The translations under genes were made by a program, and so were the position numbers. This document shows, piece after piece, positions 9,901 to 20,501 of a stretch of 64,000 nt of DNA (position 1 is the stretch's first letter; every line of letters starts with the position of its first letter). Source of the stretch: Euglena gracilis (Eukaryota); NCBI GenBank assembly GCA_039621445.1, contig CP154954.1, positions 24,130,954-24,194,953 on the forward strand, written 5' to 3'. A model generated the notes under the pieces. It saw only the letters and a program-made list of their open reading frames with translations. It made no database searches and was not told the DNA's origin.

Positions 9901-12473
9901 TGTGGCAGGCAAACAAAAGAAACATTGAACCAATTCTGAGTTTTCGAGTTCAGAATCAAAGGGATTTGAGGCGAATTTTGGGAGCCATGAATTTCTACCG
10001 CAGACACGTGAAAGGTTTTACTTTTGACTCAGCCCCGCTCACAGATCTTCTGAAAAAGAATGTGAAATGGAGGTGGACTGAAAAGGAGGAGAGTTGTTTG
10101 AATGCATTGAAAAGGAAGTTGTCTTCTCTTGATGTTTTGGGTACCCCCAGGAGTTCAGGAGAGATTGTTTTGGTGACTGACAGTTCTGATTTGGGAGGTG
10201 GTTCTGCTTTGTTTCAGTGGCAAACCCTCCAACAAACACAAATTCCTGAGAATTTTCGAACAAGTGGTGTGAAGGTGGATGGGACCCTGAAAAACAACTA
10301 CCCCAGTGAAATGAGGTTGGTGCCCTTGGGCCACTACAACTGGAAATGGAGTGAGGCAAGAAAAAAATACACCACCTGGGAAAAGGAAATTTTGAGTGGT
10401 GTGCTGACCATTGCTTCACAAACAAGGATTTTGCAAAATCTGCCAATTGTGTGGATGACAGACAATGAGGCAGCCACCTCTTTTCTGAAGGGTGAACCCC
10501 CCCTCAACAAAAGGTTGAGAAGGATGTATGTGTTTTTGCACCAGTTCAAACTGAATATCGTTCACGTGGCAGGTTGCAAAAATGAATTGTGTGATTTTTT
10601 GTCTCGTGCTGATTTTGAGAACAAATTTGAAATTCATTTTGAGGAAGAAGCAAGGAACGCTTTTCAGAAAATGGATGTGCAGCTTGACCTGTTTTTGCAG
10701 AAGATTTTCAGTTTGTCCCACAGAGTGCAAGTGTCAGAAAATGATCATTTGAATTCAGAGCTGAAGGATTTTTGGGAAAAAGTGGAGGTTTCAAAACCCT
10801 GTTTCATTGACAATGAGTTTTGGTTCAGATCTGCCAAGGCCATGTATTGTGAAGGAAAATTGGTTGTTCCATCTCATTTGTTGAAGGTTTGTTTGGATGA
10901 ATGTCACAAGGCAAGCAACCATGTTGGTGCTGAAAGGACTTTGTTGTTCTTTTTGAGCCATTTTCAGTCCAAGGTTTCCAAGAAAGACATGTTGGAAATT
11001 TGCAAGGCCATTGTGATGACATGTGAAATTTGCACCCTTTCAAAACAAAACCGCCCCAGTGACCGTGGAAAGGTGGGTTCTTTACCGATTCCAACAGTGA
11101 GCAATGAAGTTTTGTGTTTGGATTTTGTGCAAATGGACCCCTACAAGGGTTTTGACTATGTGCTGACTTTGGTTGACAATTTGTCCCATTTTTGCCAATT
11201 CATCCCCACACAGAAAACGGTAACCGGAGAAGGTGTTTTGAGACTTATTTTGGACCGGTGGATTTCTGTTTTTGGAAAACCGTCCGTCGTGAGGTCTGAC
11301 AACGACGTGCGATTCAGACAGCCCAGTGGTTTTTACCAGACAGCCCTGAAAGCTCTCGACGTGAAATTATCGTTTTCTCTGCCCCGGAACCCCCGATCAA
11401 ACGGTTTGGTTGAAAATGTCAATAAAATGTTCTTGCAGAATATGCGAGCATTGAGTCTGTCTTCCAAGGACAAAAATTGGGTGCAGCTGATTCCGTATTG
11501 CACATTTTTGATGAATTCGCAGATTTCCCCCACAATAATGTTGTCACCCCATGAAATGTTTTTGGGCAGGCCAGCTTGGAGGTTGGAATTACCCCCAGAA
11601 CCGGTGACAAATCCAGAAACCCATTCTTGGCTTTTGACCCAGATGGAAATTCAAGAAAGAGCTTCCCAGAGATTGAAAGAATTGAGGAAAAAAGATTTTG
11701 AGAGTGCCAACAAAGGGAGGGTGCCAGCAAAAATTGAAGAAGATGACTATGTTTTGGTGCACAACAAAAGATGGCCAAACAAATCATGGCCCAAGCTTTC
11801 CCCCCCCTGGCAAGGACCTTTTCGGGTTCTCAAATCGAGGTTCAATTCAGTGCAAATTGCAATCAGTCCATCTTTGGAAGGGGTCATTGATGTCTCTTTG
11901 GGTTTGTGCAAAAAGTGGGAGGTTGCTTTGCATGAAGAAAGCCTTCTGGAAGAAGACCCAGACCTTTTGACCGGTGAAGTGGTTGTGGGAGACCCAGTGG
12001 AGGGTGACACCCCCATGCCAGACCAGGGAGGGGATCCCCCCCTTCCGATGTCAGAAGAAGAACAAGCACAATTGGGTTTTTACAATGTTTACAAGATTTT
12101 GAAGCACAAGTACCAAGGGGGATGGAAATTTTTGGTTTGGTGGGAGAATTTTCCGGCAAGCAGCAGTACATGGGAGCCTGTGGCTTCCTTTGTCCAACCA
12201 GGAGGCAGAATGAATGAGATTTTCAAGAATTATTGTGTGGATCACAATTTACAATCGATCCTACGCCAGGCGCTCAGAATGTTTTGCGACGTTTCAGAAT
12301 GTGAATGGGGGTTGGCATCGCAAGAGACAGCCTGGCCTCCCCCCAAATGTTTTGATCGTGCTTTCAGTCACGCGGGAGGAAAGTCAAGCCCCCCAGGGGG
12401 CCTTTTGGATGGTTTTTCGGGTCAGGAGACACCAACCCGCCTCGCCATGGGTGGATTGTTGTCTAACCTTTGA
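9780..12473 (+). CDS. pol: Element A Pol C-terminal part: RNase H, integrase (HHCC, DDE, GPF), chromodomain
   Basis: TDSSD, EKE, TDN, CDFLSR; CHKASNHVG..CEIC; LDFV, SDND, NGLVE; WQGPF; YNVYKILKHK..FLVWWENF..STWEP. Confidence 0.93.
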   Translation: MYLLEKWFEVCRKNQVRIKLSKCSFLNQSIDYLGFSLGWGMWQANKRNIEPILSFRVQNQRDLRRILGAMNFYRRHVKGFTFDSAPLTDLLKKNVKWRWTEKEESCLNALKRKLSSLDVLGTPRSSGEIVLVTDSSDLGGGSALFQWQTLQQTQIPENFRTSGVKVDGTLKNNYPSEMRLVPLGHYNWKWSEARKKYTTWEKEILSGVLTIASQTRILQNLPIVWMTDNEAATSFLKGEPPLNKRLRRMYVFLHQFKLNIVHVAGCKNELCDFLSRADFENKFEIHFEEEARNAFQKMDVQLDLFLQKIFSLSHRVQVSENDHLNSELKDFWEKVEVSKPCFIDNEFWFRSAKAMYCEGKLVVPSHLLKVCLDECHKASNHVGAERTLLFFLSHFQSKVSKKDMLEICKAIVMTCEICTLSKQNRPSDRGKVGSLPIPTVSNEVLCLDFVQMDPYKGFDYVLTLVDNLSHFCQFIPTQKTVTGEGVLRLILDRWISVFGKPSVVRSDNDVRFRQPSGFYQTALKALDVKLSFSLPRNPRSNGLVENVNKMFLQNMRALSLSSKDKNWVQLIPYCTFLMNSQISPTIMLSPHEMFLGRPAWRLELPPEPVTNPETHSWLLTQMEIQERASQRLKELRKKDFESANKGRVPAKIEEDDYVLVHNKRWPNKSWPKLSPPWQGPFRVLKSRFNSVQIAISPSLEGVIDVSLGLCKKWEVALHEESLLEEDPDLLTGEVVVGDPVEGDTPMPDQGGDPPLPMSEEEQAQLGFYNVYKILKHKYQGGWKFLVWWENFPASSSTWEPVASFVQPGGRMNEIFKNYCVDHNLQSILRQALRMFCDVSECEWGLASQETAWPPPKCFDRAFSHAGGKSSPPGGLLDGFSGQETPTRLAMGGLLSNL

Positions 12474-12763
12474 AGGCTTTCAGTCACAAACCTGCCATTG
12501 ATGCGAGGAGTTTCGCCCAGGTTTGTGTTACCTTTGAATGGCAAGCCAACCACGAAGTGAAGGGACCACGGTGAACGTCGGAAGTAACCTCTTTTACCTT
12601 CCTTTGTGTTGACATTTGTCGTTCTGAACCTTTTTTTTGTGTGGACAATTCGTGTTGAACACCATACATTCGTGCTTGAACCATAGTAAAGCCATTTTGT
12701 TTGTGGTGTTATGCCGTTTCGTCCTGTGCCTGTGGCGCCGCGTCCTCCGGCATGGGGGGCGTG

Positions 12764-12955
12764 TGCGGACTATTTACTAACCGCCTGAAACCGAATTTTG
12801 TATTCCTAATTCGAACCTTTCCTCCTGTGCAGACTGCTGGCTCTGGTTATGTCTTTACATTGATTGTGTTACGTCTTTGGGGACAATTGGGATATCAAGA
12901 AAAATTGGGAATTCGAGGATTTCAATAAAAACAAAAGAATATTCTGAGACGTCCA
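12764..12955 (+). repeat. 3' LTR of element A
   Basis: TGCGGAC...GACGTCCA, preceded by G-rich PPT at 12754-12763 and followed by TSD CTACC. Confidence 0.93.
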
Positions 12956-12960
12956 CTACC

Positions 12961-15900
12961 CAGTCCCGAACCCATCCTTCGGGGACTGTCTGCTTGGTTA
13001 CACTCGCTCTTTCCGCGAGGAACCACTGCAGCTTCTCCCAGAATTTCCTGGGCAGAGTGGCTGGCCAGATGAATTAGTTCATCCGTGGGTGGTTGGCTGA
13101 CACCTGCGGGGCATTCCCCGGGTGGGGGTCAATGGGCATGTGATGCGCACATTCCGCGCGGACTGTATGGGGTCGTAATACGGCCCCAAGCCAGTCTTTC
13201 CAGGTCAACCCGTGGTTTTCCGGTGGCCATTGTGGCAGGCACCAGCGACCGTTTTGGTCCTGGGTTTTGAAAAGACGGAAAAGTGTCCTTTCCCTGTCCG
13301 CAGTCTCCCAGAGGTAAGGTAATCTTACCCCTGCTTCCTCAGCAGCGAGGCGTATCGCCCCGCTGTCGATCTGCCAGCCACGGGCCGTTCCCCTGTGGCG
13401 GTAGTCGTCCAGCTTGAGGTTGGAGTACTTAAAAAATTCCTTGTACATTTTGTGAAAGGTGGAGTTTTCCTCCAGTGGCTTCTGGGCACTTGGCACGGTT
13501 GTGCGAACTGCGTCTTCCGCAGTTTGCCAGAAGGTACCTCGAAGGCAGTTGACACAGAGTAGTGGTACATTCGTATCATCTCGCTCCGTGTGGTGAAAAT
13601 TGTGCTTGTGGGTCCAACTGTCCACGCACTTGGCGCATACCAAGGCGGCACAGTTGGGTACGTATACATCCTTGTGGAACGTTTTCCGATCCACAGGATT
13701 GCACACGTGGACGAGGGGTAATCCCAAGTCAGGTGCACTGTTGTACATCTTGTGGCAGACAGTGCAAAGCCGCACAAAACGGTCTTCCGTCGTTCTGTCG
13801 ACGAGGAATTCCTCGCCGAAGTATTGGGCCAAAACGCGTGGGGATCTGGAATTGTAATAATTCCAGGACACGTTCTGATCAAAGGACCATTTTCAGCCTT
13901 GACAGAACAGTGGCTCAATCCATCGATTGAGACATTGATTTGTCCTCAGTTTGTGGTCGATCATCATGTACCTGTTTTTCAGGTCATGAGTCTCAGGATC
14001 ATCCTGAGTGATCGCGTTCCAGTCGATGATGACTTCGTCTTCCGAAGGTGTCTCAGCTGTGGAGGCGCTGGATTTTCCCTGCCCCTTGGGCTGAGGTTTC
14101 GGTTGTGAGGGTTTCCCATAGCCGGATGACGTGACGTGTGTGAATCCTGGTACCGAGGTTGCAGCCAGCCAGCAGCTCAAATCCAGCCAGCAGCCCAAAT
14201 TCGGGCTGGGAGCCCCCCCCCCTGGGGTGGACTGAAATAAAGTCGGGTCCAGCCCGGCCGGAGGCCGGGCCAGCCGGCCGCAGGCTGGCCAGCCAACTGG
14301 GCTGCCCTGCTCACCTATCCGCATGGACGTCAGCTCGGCCTGTTTTTCAGGCGCCGGTGTCCGTGTGCCTTGACGCTTCTGTGCTGTGATTGTGGCTGTG
14401 CCCTGAGGTGCGGGTTCATCCCGTGCATCTGGTGGCACTGCCGGTGCTGGTACAGGTTCATCCAGTACTGGCACGGTGGGTGTTGTCTCCACTGTCATTG
14501 CTGTATGTTTGCCCTCCGTCCGTGTCGCTTCCGACACTGGCGGTGGCGCCGCCGTTGGGGGAGGTTCATGCTCCACCATGGCTGCAGTGTCAGGTGTCTC
14601 TTCCGCCGGCTGGGCAGTTTCCGCCGCAGCTGTGGAAGAACTGGCCGCAGGGCCACGTGGAGTGACAACTGCGATCGGTGACCGCAAACCACCAAGTACG
14701 CGTCCGCCCAGCGAGGTGCGCCGCTCAGGTCCTTCACCTGCAGTGGGCTCCTCCGCTGGCTCCTCTGTCGACGGGGTTTCCCCGGAAACAGGGAGCTTGT
14801 GGCGTAATACCTCAGGCGTGTGGGGTACTGTCTCCGGCGGGTTTTCCCGCGGAGGAGTTGGTACACCTGTCGTACTCGGTGAGGTAGGTGACAGTGGTAC
14901 AGGTGTTATTTCACCTGCTGGCGCTGAGCAGTTTCTGCCACAGTGTCCAGCATCACGACAGATGGGCTACGGGTTTCCCGTGCCGGAGGTTCTGCTGGCT
15001 GAGGTTCATCCTCGGCCATGGGGACCGGTTCCTCCTCCTCCTCCTCCGCTTCCGGAGGGGATTCCTCTGTGTGTAGCTGTGCTGCAGAACGCGGACCTTT
15101 TCAGCTCCTGTAGCACCCTTGTGCGTCTGACAGGCGGTAAAAGCTTATACTTGTATTCCTGTCAGAGTCGGGGTATGGGGGCGGCCATGACGCTCTTACC
15201 CAGCTTCCGGGTAGAGGTTCTGGCTCGTCCTCGCTGATCATGCAGAGATCTTCCAACTGCATTCGACGGTTCCACCTCATGCCGTATTATCCTGTGTCTT
15301 CCAGGAAAGCGGGCAGCGGCAACGCATAACGTGGCTGTTTTTCCACGTTTGCCGCGAAAAAAGCTTGGAAGTCCTCCCAGATCAGGATATTCCCGAACTG
15401 GGTGTCGAGGTGCTCCCGTAGACCGATTTCGGCCTCCTGCCAGTCCGGTTGCATGTTCATCCTGCGTCGGTCTGGGTCATTTGGCCTGGCGTCTTCCTCG
15501 GTGTATCCCCGAGGTAACCACTTTCTGTGAATATTCACATCAGCGGTCATGTATTCCAGGAAATAGGTATAAACCTCCAGGACGTAGGTAATCCACGCCC
15601 TGTGCCAGTATTGTTGCAGCATAAATATTTTCTGCCGGTGTTGTTCAGCAACTTTCAGTCTTGCGTTCCGATCTGGGGGTTCCGGCACTGATGCAGGATA
15701 ACTCTCCTGGTCGGCTGGCTGCCGGCATTCTCGGCAGTCGGAGGTGGTTATCCGCGTTCTCCAAAACCCCAGAAGTCAACGATGTGTACTTCTTTGCAAA
15801 ACTGGCATTCCAGTTTGTACCGCTGGGGGTAGGCGAGGTCGACGTCCAGGACCTTGAACAGCGTGCCATACATGCTGTCCAAGTGCATTTGTAGATTGCA
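12961..15900 (-). pseudogene. Element B1 ORF3, C-terminal half including RING-like finger; remaining fragments at 19520-19812 and 30713-31129
   Basis: Collinear, highly similar copy of 57325-60433; ORFs 15287-15688, 13893-14687 and 13074-13871. Confidence 0.8.
14161..14316. repeat. Dispersed GC-rich repeat patched into ORF3
   Basis: Closely matches 54343-54520; absent from the B2 paralogue, which has ~400 bp of other sequence there (58475-58862). Confidence 0.8.
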
Positions 15901-18900
15901 GGATTATCGATGTGACCTGATTTCCGGACCCGAGAAGTTAATAGCCTATAGGTTAGGAGAGGATCCCTAGTTTCTCCAGAGCCCTCACTTTGCCCGCAAC
16001 TCCCCGCCAGTCCGGAGATATGGCTTGAGCAAAAAAGTTGTCTACCGTTTTTTTCCAAAGAAATTTTGTTGGACCGGCAAAAGGGCCATTTTTGGGGTCA
16101 AAAAATGGAAAAATTTAAAATATGTTGAAAACGCTGGGGAGTTGAGAAAAAGTAAAGAGTACCTCATTCCATAACTTTGGGACGCCCTATTCACCGATAT
16201 GCGCGGTTTGGGCCAACTCCCCGCCTGGGCCGAGATATGGCCATTTTGTGGTTTTGCCAAGGGGGGACTCTGCCATTTGGAGCCCAAAACGGGCCAAAAA
16301 ACCAGTTTTTGCAAAATATCTCAAAAAAGGTGCGGAGTTGAAAAAAATGTCCGGGGACCTAAATTGAAGCCCTTGGAACGCCCTATCTACTGGTGTATTG
16401 ATTTCCCCGCAACTCCCCGCCTGGCCCGAGATACGGCCGTTTTTCGGTCCAAATGGCCGTTTTGTACACTTTTCCCACTGTCGACTCAGCCGTTTTAGGC
16501 CAAAAAAGTCGAAAAAAATCGAAAAGAAATTTTTCGCCCAAAACCATGTTTTTTGGCCTCCCGGACACGGAAAAAGTGTTTTTGAGCGTTTTTCGACCCG
16601 CCAGCGCCCCGTTTTGGTTCGCCAACCTGTTGACTTTGGGTCAAAACCGGGTCAAAAAAGTCGAAAAAAATCGAATTTTTTTTTTGCCCGAAACCATGTT
16701 TTTTGGGCCTCCCGGACCCGGAAAAACTGTGTTTGAGCCGAAAATGAGCGTTTTTCGACCCGCCAGTGTCCCGTTTTGGGCCGCCAACCCGTTGACTTTG
16801 GGTCAAAACCGGGTCAAAAAAGTCGAAAAAATCGAAAAATTTCTGTTTCCCAAAATGATGTTTTTTGGCCGGAAAAACTGTTTTTGAGCCGAAAATGAGC
16901 GTTTTTCGCGGGCCGGGCCGGGGTCTCCCAAAGAGCTCAGCTCTACGTCACACCCTGGTCGCTGAGCTCTTATCTCTTTAGAGTAAGAGCGAAGCTTACC
17001 CCCCCGGTTTGGGCCCCCCCCTGCCCCCCCCCCCCCCCGCCCCCCCCCCCCCCTGGGTAGGCAGGGAGTCCAGCGGATTATCGATATGACCAAATTTCCG
17101 GGTCCCCAAAATGAATATCCTATAGGTTAGGAGACGGTCCCAGGTCGCTCAAGCACCCCCGCAATAGCCCCAACTCCCCGCCAGTTCGGAGATCGGGCCC
17201 GAGCAAAAAAGTTGCGTTCCGTTGTTTTTTTCCGGGGAAATTGCGGGTTTTTGGGGGGTCCAAAAATCGAAAAATTAAAAATATCTCGAAAACGCTGCGG
17301 AGTTGAGGAAAAGTGATGGCGACCTCATTTGACGACCTTGCAACGCCCTATCGATCGGTATGCGCGGTCTGGGACAACTCCCCGCCTAGCCCGAGATACG
17401 GCCGTTTTGCGGCTTTTGGGCCAGTTTGGCCAGTTTTGGCCAGTTCGGGGCCGAAACCGTAAATTGGCCGTATCTCGAGCTAGACGAGGAGTTGGGACCC
17501 AAACCAGGGGGTCAATCATTAGGTTTAGGGGGGGGGGTTTGACCGTTTTTTGGGGTTCCCGGGGCCTGGTTGTGCGATTTTGGGCCAGTTTTGGGTATTC
17601 GGGGACCCCACCGGGGGCCGTCAGGGCGGCTGGGTGAGGGGGGTCGGGTGGCAGGTAGGGACCCAGAATTTTAAAAAAAATTTTTTCACTCAAAAACACT
17701 TTTTTTCACTTCAGAACATCAAAAAAAGTGTTTTTGAGCGAAAAAAATTTTTCCGACCCGGACCCCCCCCCCCCACATGCCCCCCCTGGCTGGGGCCCGC
17801 CCCCTGGCCGGTGGACTTAGCCATTTTTGGGTCAAAAAGTCGAAAAAAATTGAAAAAGTTTTTTTTGCCCAAAACCATGATTTTTGAACTCCCGGACACG
17901 AAAAAATCGTTTTCGAGCCAAAAATGAGCGTTCTTCGACCCGCCGGCGCCCCGTTTTGGGCCGCCAACCCATTGACTTTGGACCAAAATCGGGTAAAAAA
18001 AGTCCAAAAAAATTGAAAATTTTTTTACCCCCAAAACGATGTTTTTTGGCCTCCCGGACCCGGAAAGCCTGTGTTTGAGCCAAAAATGAGCGTTTTTTGA
18101 CCCGCCAGCGCCCCGTTTTGGGCCACAAACCCATGACTTTGGGTCAAAACCGGTCAAAAAAGTCGAAAAAAATAGAAAATTTTTTTTGGCCCCAAAATGA
18201 TGTTTTTTGGCCTCCCTGACCCAGAAAAACTGTTTTTGAGCCGAAAATGAGCGTTTTTCGCGGGCCGGGCCGGGGTGGTCTCCCAAAGAGCTCAGCTCTA
18301 CGTCACACCCTGGTCGCTGAGCTCTTATCCCTTTAGAAAAAGAGCGAAGCTTACCCCCCCCCCCAAACCCCCCCTGACCGCCCCCCGCCCCCCGCCCCCC
18401 CGCCCCCCCCCCCTTGAGTAGGCCCGGGCACCCGCGGATTATCGATGTGACCTGATTTCCGGACCCGAAAAGTGAATAGCCTATAGGTTAGGAGAGGATC
18501 CCTAGTTTCTCCAGAGCCCGCACTTTGCCCCCAACTCCCCGCCGGTCCGGGGATCTGGCCTGAGCAAAAAAGTTGTCTACCTTTTTTTTTTTTCAAAGAA
18601 CTTTTGTTGGACCTGCAACAGGGCCATTTTTGGGGTAAAAAAAAATCGAAAAATTTAAAATATCTCGAAAACGCTGGGGAGTTGAGAAAAAGTAAAGAGG
18701 ACCGCATTTCACAACTTTGGGACGCCCTACCCACCGGTATGCGCGGTTTGGGCCAACTCCCCGCCTGGGCCGAGATATGGCCGTTTTGTGGTTTTGCCAA
18801 GGGGGGACTCTGCCATTTGGAGCCCAAAACGGGCCAAAAAACCAGTTTTTGCAAAATATCTCACAAAAGGTGCGGAGTTGAAAAAAATTTCTGGGGACCT

Positions 18901-19522
18901 AAATTGAAGCCCTTGGAACGCCCTATCTACTGGTGTATAGATTTCACCACAACTCCACGCCCAGCCCGAGATACGGGCGTTTTTCGGTCCAAATGGCCGT
19001 TTTGTACACTTTTCCCACTGTTCGACTCAGCCGTTTTCGGCCAAAAAAGTCGAGAAAAATCGTAAAAAATTTCTTCGCCGCAAACCATGTTTTTTGGCCT
19101 CCCGGACCCGGAAAAAGTGTTTTTGAGCCGAAAATGAGCGTTTTTCGACCCGCCAGAGTCCCGTTTTGGGCCGCCAACCCATTGACTTCGGGTCAAAACC
19201 GGGTCAAAAAAGTCGAAAAAAATCGAAAAAAATTTTTCGCCCAAAACCATGTGTTTTGACCTGTCAGACAGATCAAAAGTGTTTTTGAGCCAAAAAAGAG
19301 CGTTTTTTAACCGCCAGCGCCCCGTTTTTTGGCCGCCAACCCATTGTTTTTGGTTAAAACCGGGCCAAAAAAGTCGAAAAAACTCGAAAAAAATTTTGCC
19401 CCAAAACGATGATTTCTGGCCTCCCTGTCCCGGAAAAAATGTTTTTGAGCCGAAAATGAGCCTTTTCCCCGGGCCGGGCCAGGGTGGTCTTCCAAGGAGC
19501 TCAGCTCTACGTCACACCCTGG
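15901..19522. repeat. Tandem array of three ~1.1-1.4-kb units with internal A/T-tract subrepeats
   Basis: Units start ggattatcgat(g/a)tgacc at about 15901, 17075 and 18437; each ends near gagctcagctctacgtcacaccctgg; internal ~120-bp subrepeats (aaaaaagtcgaaaaaaatcg). Confidence 0.85.
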
Positions 19523-20501
19523 TTGAGGTGGATACACGTACTGGCACTGGTGCGTCCTGGGGATAATCCCCAGAGACGGTGTACTGAGACAATTGCTCCT
19601 GCGCGGGATAATCCCACCGTGGCATGCGCTCAGGGGACCGAAAATTACTTTCTTTCACACGTGGGTGTTCACTCCGAACAGGTGCTTCCCCTGTCTCTTC
19701 CTCGGGTAATCCGCGGAGTGAGCACAAAAATGTGCAGTGCAAGTGCCAACTGGTGGTACTTGCCGTGCTACCTGTGGCGGGACTTTCACGCCCAGGTCAC
19801 GCATGGTAATGTTGTGTACCAGGCAGCCGTAAGGCCATGGTACTGTGTATGTAGGTATAAGCCTACGGCCAGATATAGCTCTGAGCACCATACACAGTAC
19901 TATGCTAGGTGGTATTCCTAAAGATGGCCAACGGCCTGAATTAGGAATACCTAACCCTTATTCTGGTTCTCCTCTCCATAGGTGGTATTCGTATTCTTAT
20001 TCTTTTGTTTTCGTGTTTCATTAGCCCAAAAGGGCACATCAAGATTTGAAGATTTGAACTCCGAGTGGAGTACACTTGTGGAACTAGTTTCCCAAGAAAC
20101 CTTCTGGTTTGCCTTGTGCTCTGCATAAGCCCAAAGGCAATAAAAACTAATAGTTAAGTGAAAGACTTTCTTTTTTGTTACTCTCCTGGTTCTGTTCCCA
20201 CGGGAGGGTGTAAGTAGGCCGACAGGTAGTGGGAATAGAGTCAGGGGACGTACACTTGGTAGCAGATTCGGTTTCTTTCCTACGCCCCTTCTCCCCCTCT
20301 TCTTACCAGGTGACTTCAAACAGTGAGTGGTGCTGAGCCTATTGGCTACAAAGCATCCACCAGCGGTTTGGAGCCAACTTCTAAGCACAGGTACAGGCTT
20401 CAGCAGGTTGTGGGCAGTATAGGCTGCCACATCCTTCTAAGATTGTTTCTTTGCTTACCTTTTGGGGTTACTTGTGCTTATTTCTGCAAAAAAATAAAAA
20501 T

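Larger units (their letters stand above)
5979..12955 (+). mobile_element. Element A: Ty3/gypsy chromovirus with Dam-like methyltransferase domain, near-intact
   Basis: LTRs 5979-6115 and 12764-12955 (TG...CA); TSD CTACC at 5974-5978 and 12956-12960; empty paralogous site at 57311-57330; complete gag-pol domain series. Confidence 0.95.

Noticed and set aside
14476-15237. Long plus-strand ORFs here and at 59032-60063
   Set aside because: Antisense shadows of the GC-rich, low-complexity ORF3 linker.
16042-19566. Many K/F-rich ORFs
   Set aside because: Translations of A/T-tract repeats, with no protein-like motifs.
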